From the NCBI GenBank assembly GCA_021846275.1, contig JAJZBZ010000004.1:230413-294412 (forward strand): a stretch of 64,000 nt of DNA, in the 5' to 3' direction. Both the position numbers and the translations under genes were made by a program. Positions 29,318 through 37,081 of this stretch are shown here, piece by piece (within the stretch, counting starts at the first letter, position 1; each line of letters opens with the position of its first letter). This stretch comes from Acidobacteriota bacterium. Lineage in GTDB: Bacteria > Acidobacteriota > Terriglobia > Terriglobales > Acidobacteriaceae. The notes below the pieces were generated by a model. It ran no database searches, was not told the origin of the DNA, and saw only the letters and a list, made by a program, of their open reading frames with translations.

Positions 29318-29687
29318 CATCCAATTATTCCAGTCTGTGTCATACTGTTGTTTCGTCGCCGATCTGCGTCCGAAATCCAGCCGCCGCAGGCGTCGTTTTT
29401 GGAGGGAATCGAGCCATGCGAGCCACCCAGCGCGGACGGATTCAGAATCGGTGCCGGATATTTGAAATGCAAAATGAAATTTGTATAAGCCGCATACAAT
29501 CAAATATATACAAAAAATGAAATCAATCGAAATCTCAACAACTCCAATGTAATCTAAGGTTTGAGCAAAATCGTACCACCCCCTCCCCCCTCCGGTAACA
29601 TTAAATATTTACTGAGTAGTACACAATCACTTTTTAAGTGATTCATTAAAATGAAGTTGAATAGAAAACAGAGAATTTCACCGGCAA

Positions 29688-29776
29688 CCTCAGCCGAAAG
29701 CCAGCCCGCGACCATCGGGAGCGGCCACAAACGGTCGTGGCGCGGCGAGAGTCGCGCGGCTGCTGCATGCAATGCC
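29688..29776. repeat. 89-nt direct repeat, copy 1 (followed by a 16-nt tandem duplication tgctgcatgcaatgcc to 29792)
   Basis: cctcagccgaaagccagcccgcgaccatcgggagcggccacaaacggtcgtggcgcggcgagagtcgcgcggctgctgcatgcaatgcc. 86 of 89 positions match copy 2 by manual alignment. Confidence 0.9.
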
Positions 29777-29836
29777 TGCTGCATGCAATGCCTTTTCGAT
29801 TTGGAATTTCGGTCGGCAGCTCGTTGTTTCCTCCGG

Positions 29837-29925
29837 CCTCAGCCGAAAGCCAGCCCGCGACCAACGGAAGCGGCCACAAACGGTCGTGGCGCGGCGAGAG
29901 CCGCGCGGCTGCTGCATGCAATGCC
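29837..29925. repeat. 89-nt direct repeat, copy 2
   Basis: Same sequence as copy 1 except t>a, g>a and t>c. It starts 149 nt downstream of the copy 1 start. Confidence 0.9.
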
Positions 29926-29930
29926 AATGC

Positions 29931-29961
29931 GCCCGAAGCGAGGGGGAGGTTCGCTTCGGGC
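29931..29961. other. Strong hairpin (11-bp stem, 9-nt loop)
   Basis: gcccgaagcga-gggggaggt-tcgcttcgggc, immediately after repeat copy 2. No U-run on either strand. Confidence 0.6.
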
Positions 29962-29971
29962 GGCTGGTTCT

Positions 29972-30018
29972 GGTCCGGATCGGTGTTTGTGCAGAAATGG
30001 GGAGGTCCGATCCGGACC
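29972..30018 (-). terminator. Long-loop hairpin downstream of the OmpA-family gene
   Basis: ggtccggatcgg (29972-29983) pairs with ccgatccggacc (30007-30018): a 12-bp stem and a 23-nt loop, 19 nt past the stop at 30037-30039 on the minus strand. No clear U-run. Confidence 0.4.
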
Positions 30019-30036
30019 ATTGGAAGCTGCTTCCGG

Positions 30037-30774
30037 TCAGTTGCCGGAGGCAGCGGTTCCACTTGTGGCCGTGTTGCCGACGTTGTTCGTCAGCATCTGC
30101 ACGGTGACGCGGCGGTTCATGGCGCGGCCCGACGACGTGTGGTTGTCGCCCACGGCCTGGTCTTCGCCGATTCCGATCAGGTAGAAGCGGCGCGGCGAAA
30201 TCTGGTACTTCGAAGCCAGGTACTGCACCACGGCGTCGGCCCGGCGCTGGCTGAGCTGGTAGTTGTACTGTGCGTTGCCCGTTGAGTCGGTGCCGCCCGT
30301 CACTTCCAGAATGTAGCTGTTCGCGCCATTCAGTTTCGCGGCAAAGCTATCCAGTTCCGCGCGGTCGTTGCTGGTCAGCACGGCCTTGTCGAAGGCGAAG
30401 TTCACGGTCACGTCGCCGGTCTGCTTGTAGTTGTCGAGTCCGGCGACGACATCGGAGAGTGCGCTGGCGCGATGCACGGCGTCATTGGCCGCCGACGTCG
30501 CATTCTGCGCCGACTGCTCCGCCGCGTTCGCGCTCTGTCCGGCGGCGTCGGCGGACTGCTGCGCCTTTCCGATGCCGGCCTGTGCGCGGTCGTCCACATC
30601 GTGGATGGCGCGGTTGTTGTCGGCGGTCTTCTGGTCGAGTTGGTCGGTCTGTTGGATGATCGGCGCGGTCTGGCTGTGAACGTAGTTCTTGGTCGCGCAT
30701 CCGGTAATGCTCAGCAGGGCGCAAATGCTCACTGCCACATGAATCGGCTGAATTTTGATCGACTGGTTTTTCAT
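30037..30774 (-). CDS. OmpA-family lipoprotein (peptidoglycan-associated)
   Basis: GAGGGG upstream of ATG 30774. Lipobox LLSITGC, a Gln/Ala-rich helical segment, then an OmpA_C block: NFAFDKAVLTSNDRAELDSFAAKL...GGTDSTGNAQYNYQLSQRRADAVVQYL...AMNRRVTV. Confidence 0.9.
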   Translation of the reverse strand: MKNQSIKIQPIHVAVSICALLSITGCATKNYVHSQTAPIIQQTDQLDQKTADNNRAIHDVDDRAQAGIGKAQQSADAAGQSANAAEQSAQNATSAANDAVHRASALSDVVAGLDNYKQTGDVTVNFAFDKAVLTSNDRAELDSFAAKLNGANSYILEVTGGTDSTGNAQYNYQLSQRRADAVVQYLASKYQISPRRFYLIGIGEDQAVGDNHTSSGRAMNRRVTVQMLTNNVGNTATSGTAASGN

Positions 30775-31071
30775 TCTTGTCCCCTCATTCCGCCGGGAGC
30801 CGAACTCCCGTCCCCGGTCTGTTGTTGTTGCCAACGTCAATACAGAGAGCAAAGCGCGTGCCAAATCCGGCAAGTCATGCAAAGCTCATCGAATCATATA
30901 GATGAACTTTCATTCGTGTATTCGGAAGGCTGCCGCGTCGTGTAACTTTTACACCGCTGAGTAAAACCTGCTCGGTGAAAATCGTCCTCGGTGTGCGAAT
31001 CCGTTCGCAACCGGCAGACGAGTACACTGGGAATCAGTCGCTACAGGGCCGAAACTGTGGAGCTGGGACTC

Positions 31072-33009
31072 ATGGACCTTTACGAGAAAATCCGCACGCT
31101 GCCCACCGATCCCGGCGTCTACCTCTACAAGGACGCCGACGGCAAAGTCATCTATGTGGGCAAGGCGCGCAACCTCCGCGCGCGCGTTCGCAGCTATCTG
31201 CTGGAGGCCAGCCAGGCCAACGCCAAGACCGGAACGCTCATGCGCGAGGCCGTCGATCTCGATTACATCCTCGTGGCCAACGAGCAGGAAGCGCTGGCGC
31301 TGGAAAACAACCTCATCAAGCAGCGCAAACCGCGCTTCAACATCCTGCTTCGCGACGACAAGACCTACCCTTATCTGAAGCTCACGCTCGGCGACCGCCA
31401 TCCCAAGGTCTTCGTCACGCGCCGTCTGCGCCGGGACGGCGGCGCCTATTTTGGCCCGTATTTTCCCGGCAGCCTGGCCTATCGCGTCGCCGACCTGATT
31501 CATCGCTGCTTCCTGGTTCCCGGCTGCAAGGTCGATCTGAACCGCTACCATCCGCGCGCCTGCCTTCAGTACTACATTCACCGCTGCCTCGGCCCCTGCG
31601 TCGAAGGCTTCGTCACGCCGGAGGCCTACGCCGCAGCCGTGCGCGACGTGCAATTATTCCTCGACGGGCGCAGCGAAGAACTCGAGCGCCAGCTCACTGC
31701 GCGCATGATGGACGCCGCCGCCGCCGAGCAGTTTGAGCTGGCCGCACGGCTGCGCGACCAGCTCGCGACCATCCACCAGATTCACGAGAAGCAGCGCATC
31801 GCCTCGGCCTCCGACGAGGATCAGGATGTCTTCGGCTACCACGTCGAGGACGGGCTGCTGGCCGTCAATCTCTTCCACATTCGCAGCGGAAAGATCGTCG
31901 ATCGCCGCGAGTTTTTCTGGGAAGAGATTCCGGACTTCGGCGCGGCCGACGAGAGCGACGCGAACCCGGACTCAGACGCCGCGGGCAAAGCCGAAAGCGG
32001 CGCTGAGATTTCACCCCGCGCCGAAGCGGACTTCGACGCGGCAGCGTTTTTTGCCGCGCTGCTCAAGCAGCTTTACATTGACCAGCGCTACGTGCCGCGC
32101 ACGATCCTGCTGCCGGTCAACTTTGCCGACCGCGAGACACTAGCCGCGCTGCTGCGCGAACAGGCCGGCCATCGCGTGGAGATTGCCGCTCCGCTGCGCG
32201 GCGAAAAGCGCTCGCTGATCGACCTGGCCAGCCAGAATGCGAAGCAATCCTTCGTGCAGCGCTTCCGCGTGCTGGAGCCGTCGCAGCGCGCCATTCAGGA
32301 GTCGCTGGCCGAGCTGCTCATGCTGCCCGATCTGCCGCGCCGCATCGAGTGCTTCGACATCTCGCACATTCAGGGCGCGGAGACCGTGGCCTCGATGGTT
32401 GTCTGGGAGGATGGTGCGATGAAGAAGTCCGACTATCGCAAATTCCAGATTCGCTCCGTCAGCGGCGTTGACGATTTCGCCTCGATCCACGAGGTCGTCA
32501 CGCGGCGCTACGCGCGCGTGCAGTCGGAGTCGGCCACGATGCCGTCCCTGGTGCTCATCGACGGCGGGCTGGGCCAGCTTCACTCCGCCGCCGCCGCGCT
32601 GGAGGCGCTGGGCCTGGCCACGCAGCCGCTCGCCTCCATCGCCAAGCGCGAGGAGGTGCTCTACGTGCATGGGCAGGAGGATGAGCCGGTCGTGCTCGAC
32701 CGCCGCTCGCCGGTGCTCCATCTCATTCAGCGCATCCGCGACGAGAGCCATCGCTTCGCCATCGGCTACCACCGCAAGCGCCGCCAGATGCGCGACCGTG
32801 ACTCCGAACTGCTGGAGATTCCCGGCGTGGGCGCGCGCACACGCCAGCGCCTGCTCACTCACTTCGGCAGCCTCACCGAAATTCGCGAGGCCTCGGTTGA
32901 ATCGCTGCGAGCCGTCGTTCCGGAGGCCACAGCCACCGCCATCTGGAACTATTTTCATCCGACTTCCAGTCTGGTCACGATTCAGCCCGGTTCGCTTTCA
33001 TCCGCTTAA
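31072..33009 (+). CDS. uvrC: Excinuclease ABC subunit C
   Basis: ATG 31072 inside ORF 30991..33009. LPTDPGVYLYKDADGKVIYVGKARNLRARVRSY (GIY-YIG), the UVR domain FELAARLRDQL, and C-terminal IPGVGARTRQRLLTHFGSL (HhH). Confidence 0.95.
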   Translation: MDLYEKIRTLPTDPGVYLYKDADGKVIYVGKARNLRARVRSYLLEASQANAKTGTLMREAVDLDYILVANEQEALALENNLIKQRKPRFNILLRDDKTYPYLKLTLGDRHPKVFVTRRLRRDGGAYFGPYFPGSLAYRVADLIHRCFLVPGCKVDLNRYHPRACLQYYIHRCLGPCVEGFVTPEAYAAAVRDVQLFLDGRSEELERQLTARMMDAAAAEQFELAARLRDQLATIHQIHEKQRIASASDEDQDVFGYHVEDGLLAVNLFHIRSGKIVDRREFFWEEIPDFGAADESDANPDSDAAGKAESGAEISPRAEADFDAAAFFAALLKQLYIDQRYVPRTILLPVNFADRETLAALLREQAGHRVEIAAPLRGEKRSLIDLASQNAKQSFVQRFRVLEPSQRAIQESLAELLMLPDLPRRIECFDISHIQGAETVASMVVWEDGAMKKSDYRKFQIRSVSGVDDFASIHEVVTRRYARVQSESATMPSLVLIDGGLGQLHSAAAALEALGLATQPLASIAKREEVLYVHGQEDEPVVLDRRSPVLHLIQRIRDESHRFAIGYHRKRRQMRDRDSELLEIPGVGARTRQRLLTHFGSLTEIREASVESLRAVVPEATATAIWNYFHPTSSLVTIQPGSLSSA

Positions 33010-33066
33010 ACCGATTTGCATGCGGCCAATTTCTGCGTTTGTCAATCCGGCGACAATAGAAAGACC

Positions 33067-33465
33067 ATGAGCGCGCAGGCATCGCAGGAACGACGATCCG
33101 CACGGTCCTCTCGCATGCAGCCCGTGCGCACGCTCTGGATTCTTGTCGTGGGCGCGCCCTCGGCTGCTCTTGACCGACGCATCCATCAGCTTCAGTCCGC
33201 TGGCTGCGCCGTCACCCATGCGGAGAGCGTTTGCCATGCCGAAATGTACTCCGAGGCGCAGTACTTCGATGCCGCCGTTTATGACAATTCAATGAGTGAG
33301 GTGGAACAGGTGTCGCTGGCGCGCATCATGCGTGTGCGCTGGCCGTGGATGCGCCTGGTGCGCTGCGGCAGCGCGCCGATTCGCATCACGCGCGACCCGC
33401 TCTTTGACGCAGCCGAAGCCTCCGAGGCAAACCTGCCCGAAACGCTTCGCGCCATCGTCAACTGA
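33067..33465 (+). CDS. Hypothetical protein (possibly a degenerate receiver-like fold)
   Basis: ATG 33067 inside ORF 33016..33465. TLWILVVGAPSAALDRRIHQLQSAGCAVTHAES...YFDAAVYDNSMSEVEQVSLARIMRVRWPWMRLV loosely follows the CheY beta-alpha pattern but lacks the acidic DD pair. Confidence 0.45.
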   Translation: MSAQASQERRSARSSRMQPVRTLWILVVGAPSAALDRRIHQLQSAGCAVTHAESVCHAEMYSEAQYFDAAVYDNSMSEVEQVSLARIMRVRWPWMRLVRCGSAPIRITRDPLFDAAEASEANLPETLRAIVN

Positions 33466-33492
33466 CCACAGAAAGCCAACCACTGACGACTG
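33462..33492. repeat. Degenerate CTGA-type heptamer units
   Basis: ctgacca cagaaag ccaacca ctgacga ctg. The CDS stop TGA (33463-33465) is part of the first unit. Confidence 0.4.
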
Positions 33493-33501
33493 TTTTCCTG
33501 T

Positions 33502-33963
33502 TTACTGGCTGACGCCCGATGCGGCAATCAGACCCGCGTCGCCATCGACCGACGGATCCGGCTTGGCCAGTGTCTCGGTGGCCGAGTTCACCGCGCCAGC
33601 GTGGCTCGGTCCCAGCCCCAGCTTGATGAGCGCACGCGAATCGGGAGCCAGCTTGGTCTGCCAGCCGTTGTCGGCCTGAAACTTCACCATCGCCGCCTGC
33701 GATTCGGCGTCCCATTTGCCACTTGGATCACCGCTCAGATAGTGCTCGCGGATCAGCGCCTGCTGAATCTCGGTCGCGCGCGCTGGCTCGATTGACTGCT
33801 GCCCGTGCAACCGATGCGAGACAGCCCTGCGGCGTGCGTGGCCTTTCTTTGCGTGGTGCGCCGTGGGCGAGCGATGAATCTTTGCTCCGGACGCAGACGC
33901 GCTCAGGCCGAGACAGCACAGAGCGCCGAACGCAAACAACGCTTGCCAGAAACGAAACTTCAT
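33502..33963 (-). CDS. Secreted peptidoglycan-binding-domain protein
   Basis: ATG 33963 gives the signal peptide MKFRFWQALFAFGALCCLGLSASASGA. ATEIQQALIREHYLSGDPSGKWDAESQAAMVKFQADNGW resembles PG_binding_1. Confidence 0.6.
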   Translation of the reverse strand: MKFRFWQALFAFGALCCLGLSASASGAKIHRSPTAHHAKKGHARRRAVSHRLHGQQSIEPARATEIQQALIREHYLSGDPSGKWDAESQAAMVKFQADNGWQTKLAPDSRALIKLGLGPSHAGAVNSATETLAKPDPSVDGDAGLIAASGVSQ

Positions 33964-34173
33964 CCAGCCCAGACCTCGGCTTGAGGAATCGCGGTCAATT
34001 GTGGATCGAGCCAACGTGGCACCGCGTCCGTCTCAGTTTAGGACACGATCTCCGGTCGGACAAGAGGAATCTCACTTGCGTATCCGAAAAGATTTCCCGA
34101 ATCTGCGTCATCGCGTTCGCAGGACAGGCTTTGGACGCCGGAAATTGTAAGTTGGGCAAAACTGACGCAAGCA

Positions 34174-34203
34174 AAACGGGACGGCGCTTGAGCCGTCCCG
34201 TTT
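34174..34203 (-). terminator. Rho-independent terminator of the htrA-like gene
   Basis: aaacgggacggc-gcttga-gccgtcccgttt, a 12-bp stem. The minus-strand read-out is followed by TTTTGC. It lies 20 nt after the stop. Confidence 0.8.
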
Positions 34204-34223
34204 GCATGTCGCTGATTCCGGCC

Positions 34224-35843
34224 TTAAGGCATGGTGCCACCCAGCAGGTTGATGCCGTCTTCAGGATGCTTTGGATCCATGACCTCGAAGACGATGTCCT
34301 GGCCGGATTTGAGGCCTGACAGGATCGATTCAAACTGATCCAGCGTCGTCACCGGCTGCTTGTTGATGCGCGTGATGGCGAGTCCGGGTTGCAGTCCGAT
34401 CTCGTCGGCAAAGCTGCTCGGCTTCACGCCGACGATCATTATGCCGCCGCGACCCATCTTCTGGGCCATCTGCGGACTGACCTCGCGCACCGTGATGCCG
34501 AGCTTCGTCTCCGAACTGGTTCCGTTGTCGCTGGGGGCGGAATTGTTTTCGCCCAGCAGGTTGCCGAAAATCTTGTCGCGGTCGCCGACCACGACGGTTA
34601 CGGTCATCGGCTTGTCATCGCGCATCAGGCCCAGCCGCACGGTCGTTCCCGGGCGACGGCTGGCGATGTCGGCCACCAGGTCGTCTCCGTTCTTGATCTG
34701 GCGTCCGTCGATGCTCACAATCACGTCGTCGATTTTGATTCCGGCCTTGTCCGCCGGTCCGCCGGGCTGCACCTGCTGCACCACGACGCCCTTGCCATAG
34801 ATGCGACCAATCGAAGACGACTGGCCTTCGCGGAAGCTGATGCCGATCGATCCGCGCACGACCTTGTGACGCGGCGAGATCAGATCGTTGTACACGTCCG
34901 CGACGGTGTTGGAGGGCATGGCGAAGCCGATGCCCTGATAGCCGGACGACTGCGTGAAGATCGCCGTATTCACGCCAATCACTTCGCCGTTCATGTTCAC
35001 GAGCGGCCCCCCGGAGTTGCCCGGATTGATCGCCGCGTCGGTCTGGATGAAGTGCTGGAACTGGCCCGCCACTCCCGGCTCAATCGTGCGGTCCTTGGCG
35101 GAGATGATGCCGGCCGTCACCGTCTTCGACAGCGCAAACGGGCTACCAATGGCAATAACCCACTCGCCCACCTGCGAGTTGTCGCTGTTGCCCAGCTTCA
35201 CCGTCGGCAGCGGTTTGTCGGTGTCAATCTTGATCACGGCCAGGTCGGTTGCCTTGTCCACGCCGATCACGCGCGCCGGGCGTCCGCGATCCGTCGTATC
35301 CGGGTCGGTCGAGAGCTTCACAAAAATCTGATCCGCACCATCCACCACATGGTTGTTGGTGATGATGTAGCCCTTGGGATCGACGATGAAGCCGGAGCCA
35401 AGCGCGTCGCGCTCCGGCTGCCCGGCCTGGCCATTCTGCCCATTCGGCATCTGGCCGCCAAAGAAGCGGTTGAAGAAATCCTGGAAGTTCTGGTCCGGTC
35501 CCTGACCGTCGCCACCCTGATCGTCCTGGTCGCCGTCGTCGGGACTTTGCTGCTCCATCCGTCCGTGGCCGTGGCCCATCGCGCCTGCCTTGGGCAGCGT
35601 GCGCGTGTCGATATTCACCACCGCCGGGCCAACCTCTTTGGCGATCTTCACAAAGTTATTCGGCGCGACGCTCGTGTCCGGCACCTTCAGCGGAGTCGCG
35701 TCGGAGCTGTCATTCTGCTTGCTCTGGCCATGCACGCCATGGGCAGCGTAAGAGGCCATCAACACCACAGCCGAAATTGCGGCCAGCGCCGCAAAGGTGA
35801 CAGACAGGCGGCGTGCTCGCAGCCGCTCAAAAAAAGATGACAT
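34224..35843 (-). CDS. htrA: Do/DegP/HtrA family periplasmic serine endopeptidase with two PDZ domains
   Basis: ATG 35843 inside ORF 34224..35957. GSGFIVDPKGYIITNNHVV (His), DLAVIKID (Asp) and GNSGGPLVNMNGEVIGVNTAI (Ser), followed by two PDZ-like segments. Confidence 0.92.
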   Translation of the reverse strand: MSSFFERLRARRLSVTFAALAAISAVVLMASYAAHGVHGQSKQNDSSDATPLKVPDTSVAPNNFVKIAKEVGPAVVNIDTRTLPKAGAMGHGHGRMEQQSPDDGDQDDQGGDGQGPDQNFQDFFNRFFGGQMPNGQNGQAGQPERDALGSGFIVDPKGYIITNNHVVDGADQIFVKLSTDPDTTDRGRPARVIGVDKATDLAVIKIDTDKPLPTVKLGNSDNSQVGEWVIAIGSPFALSKTVTAGIISAKDRTIEPGVAGQFQHFIQTDAAINPGNSGGPLVNMNGEVIGVNTAIFTQSSGYQGIGFAMPSNTVADVYNDLISPRHKVVRGSIGISFREGQSSSIGRIYGKGVVVQQVQPGGPADKAGIKIDDVIVSIDGRQIKNGDDLVADIASRRPGTTVRLGLMRDDKPMTVTVVVGDRDKIFGNLLGENNSAPSDNGTSSETKLGITVREVSPQMAQKMGRGGIMIVGVKPSSFADEIGLQPGLAITRINKQPVTTLDQFESILSGLKSGQDIVFEVMDPKHPEDGINLLGGTMP

Positions 35844-36150
35844 AGATCGTTCCACCTCGGATTTCTGGTTAGCGATTCCTGGCTTTCTTCGCCTGCGCGC
35901 AACAACTCTCGCGCAACAATTCCTTGGATGCAGATTCTGCGCCTGCGGAAGCGGCAAAATGCCGCCGCACCTTCAGTATAGTCAGTTCACGTCCCTCTGG
36001 ATGCAGACGCATCCGCAAGCGCTTTGGCTTGCACAAAAGCGGAAATTTCTCTCTGAGGGTGTTATTTCTGCGCTTTTGTTCGAGAAACGAGTGGACTGCG
36101 AGCCGCTGGGCCTTGGCGCACTGGCGGCGGGCGAGCGACGAACCCTGACG

Positions 36151-37071
36151 TTACGAACTGCTGGACGCCTCGTGCGCGCCACTGGCCGGAGCCGCCGTGA
36201 CCAGCTCCGTCAGCGCGATGCCAGCCATCACCAGCGCCGCGCCCGCAGCCGAGCGCCCGCTCAGCCGCTCGCCATAGAACAGGATCGCCGTGAGCACGGC
36301 AAAGACCGGCTCCATCGTCAGGATCAGCGCCGTGTGCGTGGCTGGCAGCACGGACTGGACCCAGCTCTGGATGGAAAACGCAGCCGCCGTGGCCAGCAGC
36401 GCCGCCACCAGAAGGGCCGCGCAGAGCCGCGCCGTCAGGTGCAGATACGGATGCTCCAGCAAAGGCATCGAGATCGCCATGAACACCGCACAGAAGCCGA
36501 TCTGGAGCAGCGCCAGTTGCTGGAAATCGAAGCGCGGCGACAGATGGCCCAGCGCCAGGCAGTGAAAGGCGAAGCCAATCGCGCAGCCCAGGCTGAGCAG
36601 GTCGCCGAGGTTTACGCTGCTGAAGTCAAACGCGCCGCCGCGCGAGGATGGAACCGTGAGCAGCAGTATCCCGGCAAAGGCCAGCACCGCGCCCGTGTAA
36701 GCGTTCCATCCGGGCGCGTGACCGCCAGCCGGGCGCAGCGCACGCAGCGAGGAAAACAGCGGCACCAGCACGACCACCAGTCCGGTAATCAGCGCCGACT
36801 TGGACGGCGTCGTTCGCGCCAGGCCGGCCGTCTGGAATTGGTAGCCCATGGCGAGAAAGAATCCGATCACAGCGCCCGCCGCCAGTTCGCGCCTGCCGAT
36901 GCTTCGCCAGTGTCCGTGATAGGCCACGGCCAGCACGGCAAAGGCCAGCGTCATGCGCGTCAGGTTGAAGGCCAGCGGCGAGGCGTCGGCCAGCGCGTCC
37001 TTGACCACGACGAACGTCGCGCCCCAGACGGCGACCACGGTCAGCATCAGCAGATACGCGCGCGTCCTCAA
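36151..37071 (-). CDS. DMT superfamily (EamA-like) transporter
   Basis: Ten-helix hydrophobic pattern with two EamA halves (YLLMLTVVAVWGATFVVVKDAL ... VLPATHTALILTMEPVFAVLTAILFYGERLS). Start proposed at TTG 37071 (GAGGAG 6 nt upstream). The track's ATG 37158 would overlap the upstream gene by 77 nt. Confidence 0.75.
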   Translation of the reverse strand: MRTRAYLLMLTVVAVWGATFVVVKDALADASPLAFNLTRMTLAFAVLAVAYHGHWRSIGRRELAAGAVIGFFLAMGYQFQTAGLARTTPSKSALITGLVVVLVPLFSSLRALRPAGGHAPGWNAYTGAVLAFAGILLLTVPSSRGGAFDFSSVNLGDLLSLGCAIGFAFHCLALGHLSPRFDFQQLALLQIGFCAVFMAISMPLLEHPYLHLTARLCAALLVAALLATAAAFSIQSWVQSVLPATHTALILTMEPVFAVLTAILFYGERLSGRSAAGAALVMAGIALTELVTAAPASGAHEASSSS

Positions 37072-37081
37072 GCCGCGCTCC

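Noticed and set aside
29554-29784. A minus-strand 76-aa ORF (MQQALHAAAARLSPRHDRLWPLPMVAGWLSAE...) covering repeat copy 1.
   Set aside because: It starts inside the 16-nt tandem duplication, has no SD and runs into the 32% GC island, giving an implausible composition switch. The equivalent frame of copy 2 has no independent start. It is noted only as weak counter-evidence within the ncRNA finding.
28291-30036. A mobile genetic element, genomic islet or defence island downstream of pyrE.
   Set aside because: There is no integrase, transposase, recombinase, tRNA attachment site or recognisable defence gene. Only a BrnT/BrnA TA pair and repeats are present. It is kept as a finding only in the weaker form of a cassette bracketed by heptamer arrays.
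30007-30036. An SRP-RNA-like string (minus strand ACCGGAAGCAGCUUCC, reminiscent of the CCGGAAGGAAGCAGCC core).
   Set aside because: It is only a short partial match, located immediately after the OmpA-family stop codon. The flanking sequence does not form the conserved domain IV helix, so it is most simply part of terminator-like hairpins.
29651-30184. A + strand ORF starting in the AT island with a Cys-rich stretch (AAACNACCMQC). I considered it as a possible RiPP precursor or small protein.
   Set aside because: It has no SD. The two 89-nt repeats fall in different frames within it. Its 3' part overlaps the well-supported OmpA-family gene antisense. No maturation enzymes are nearby.
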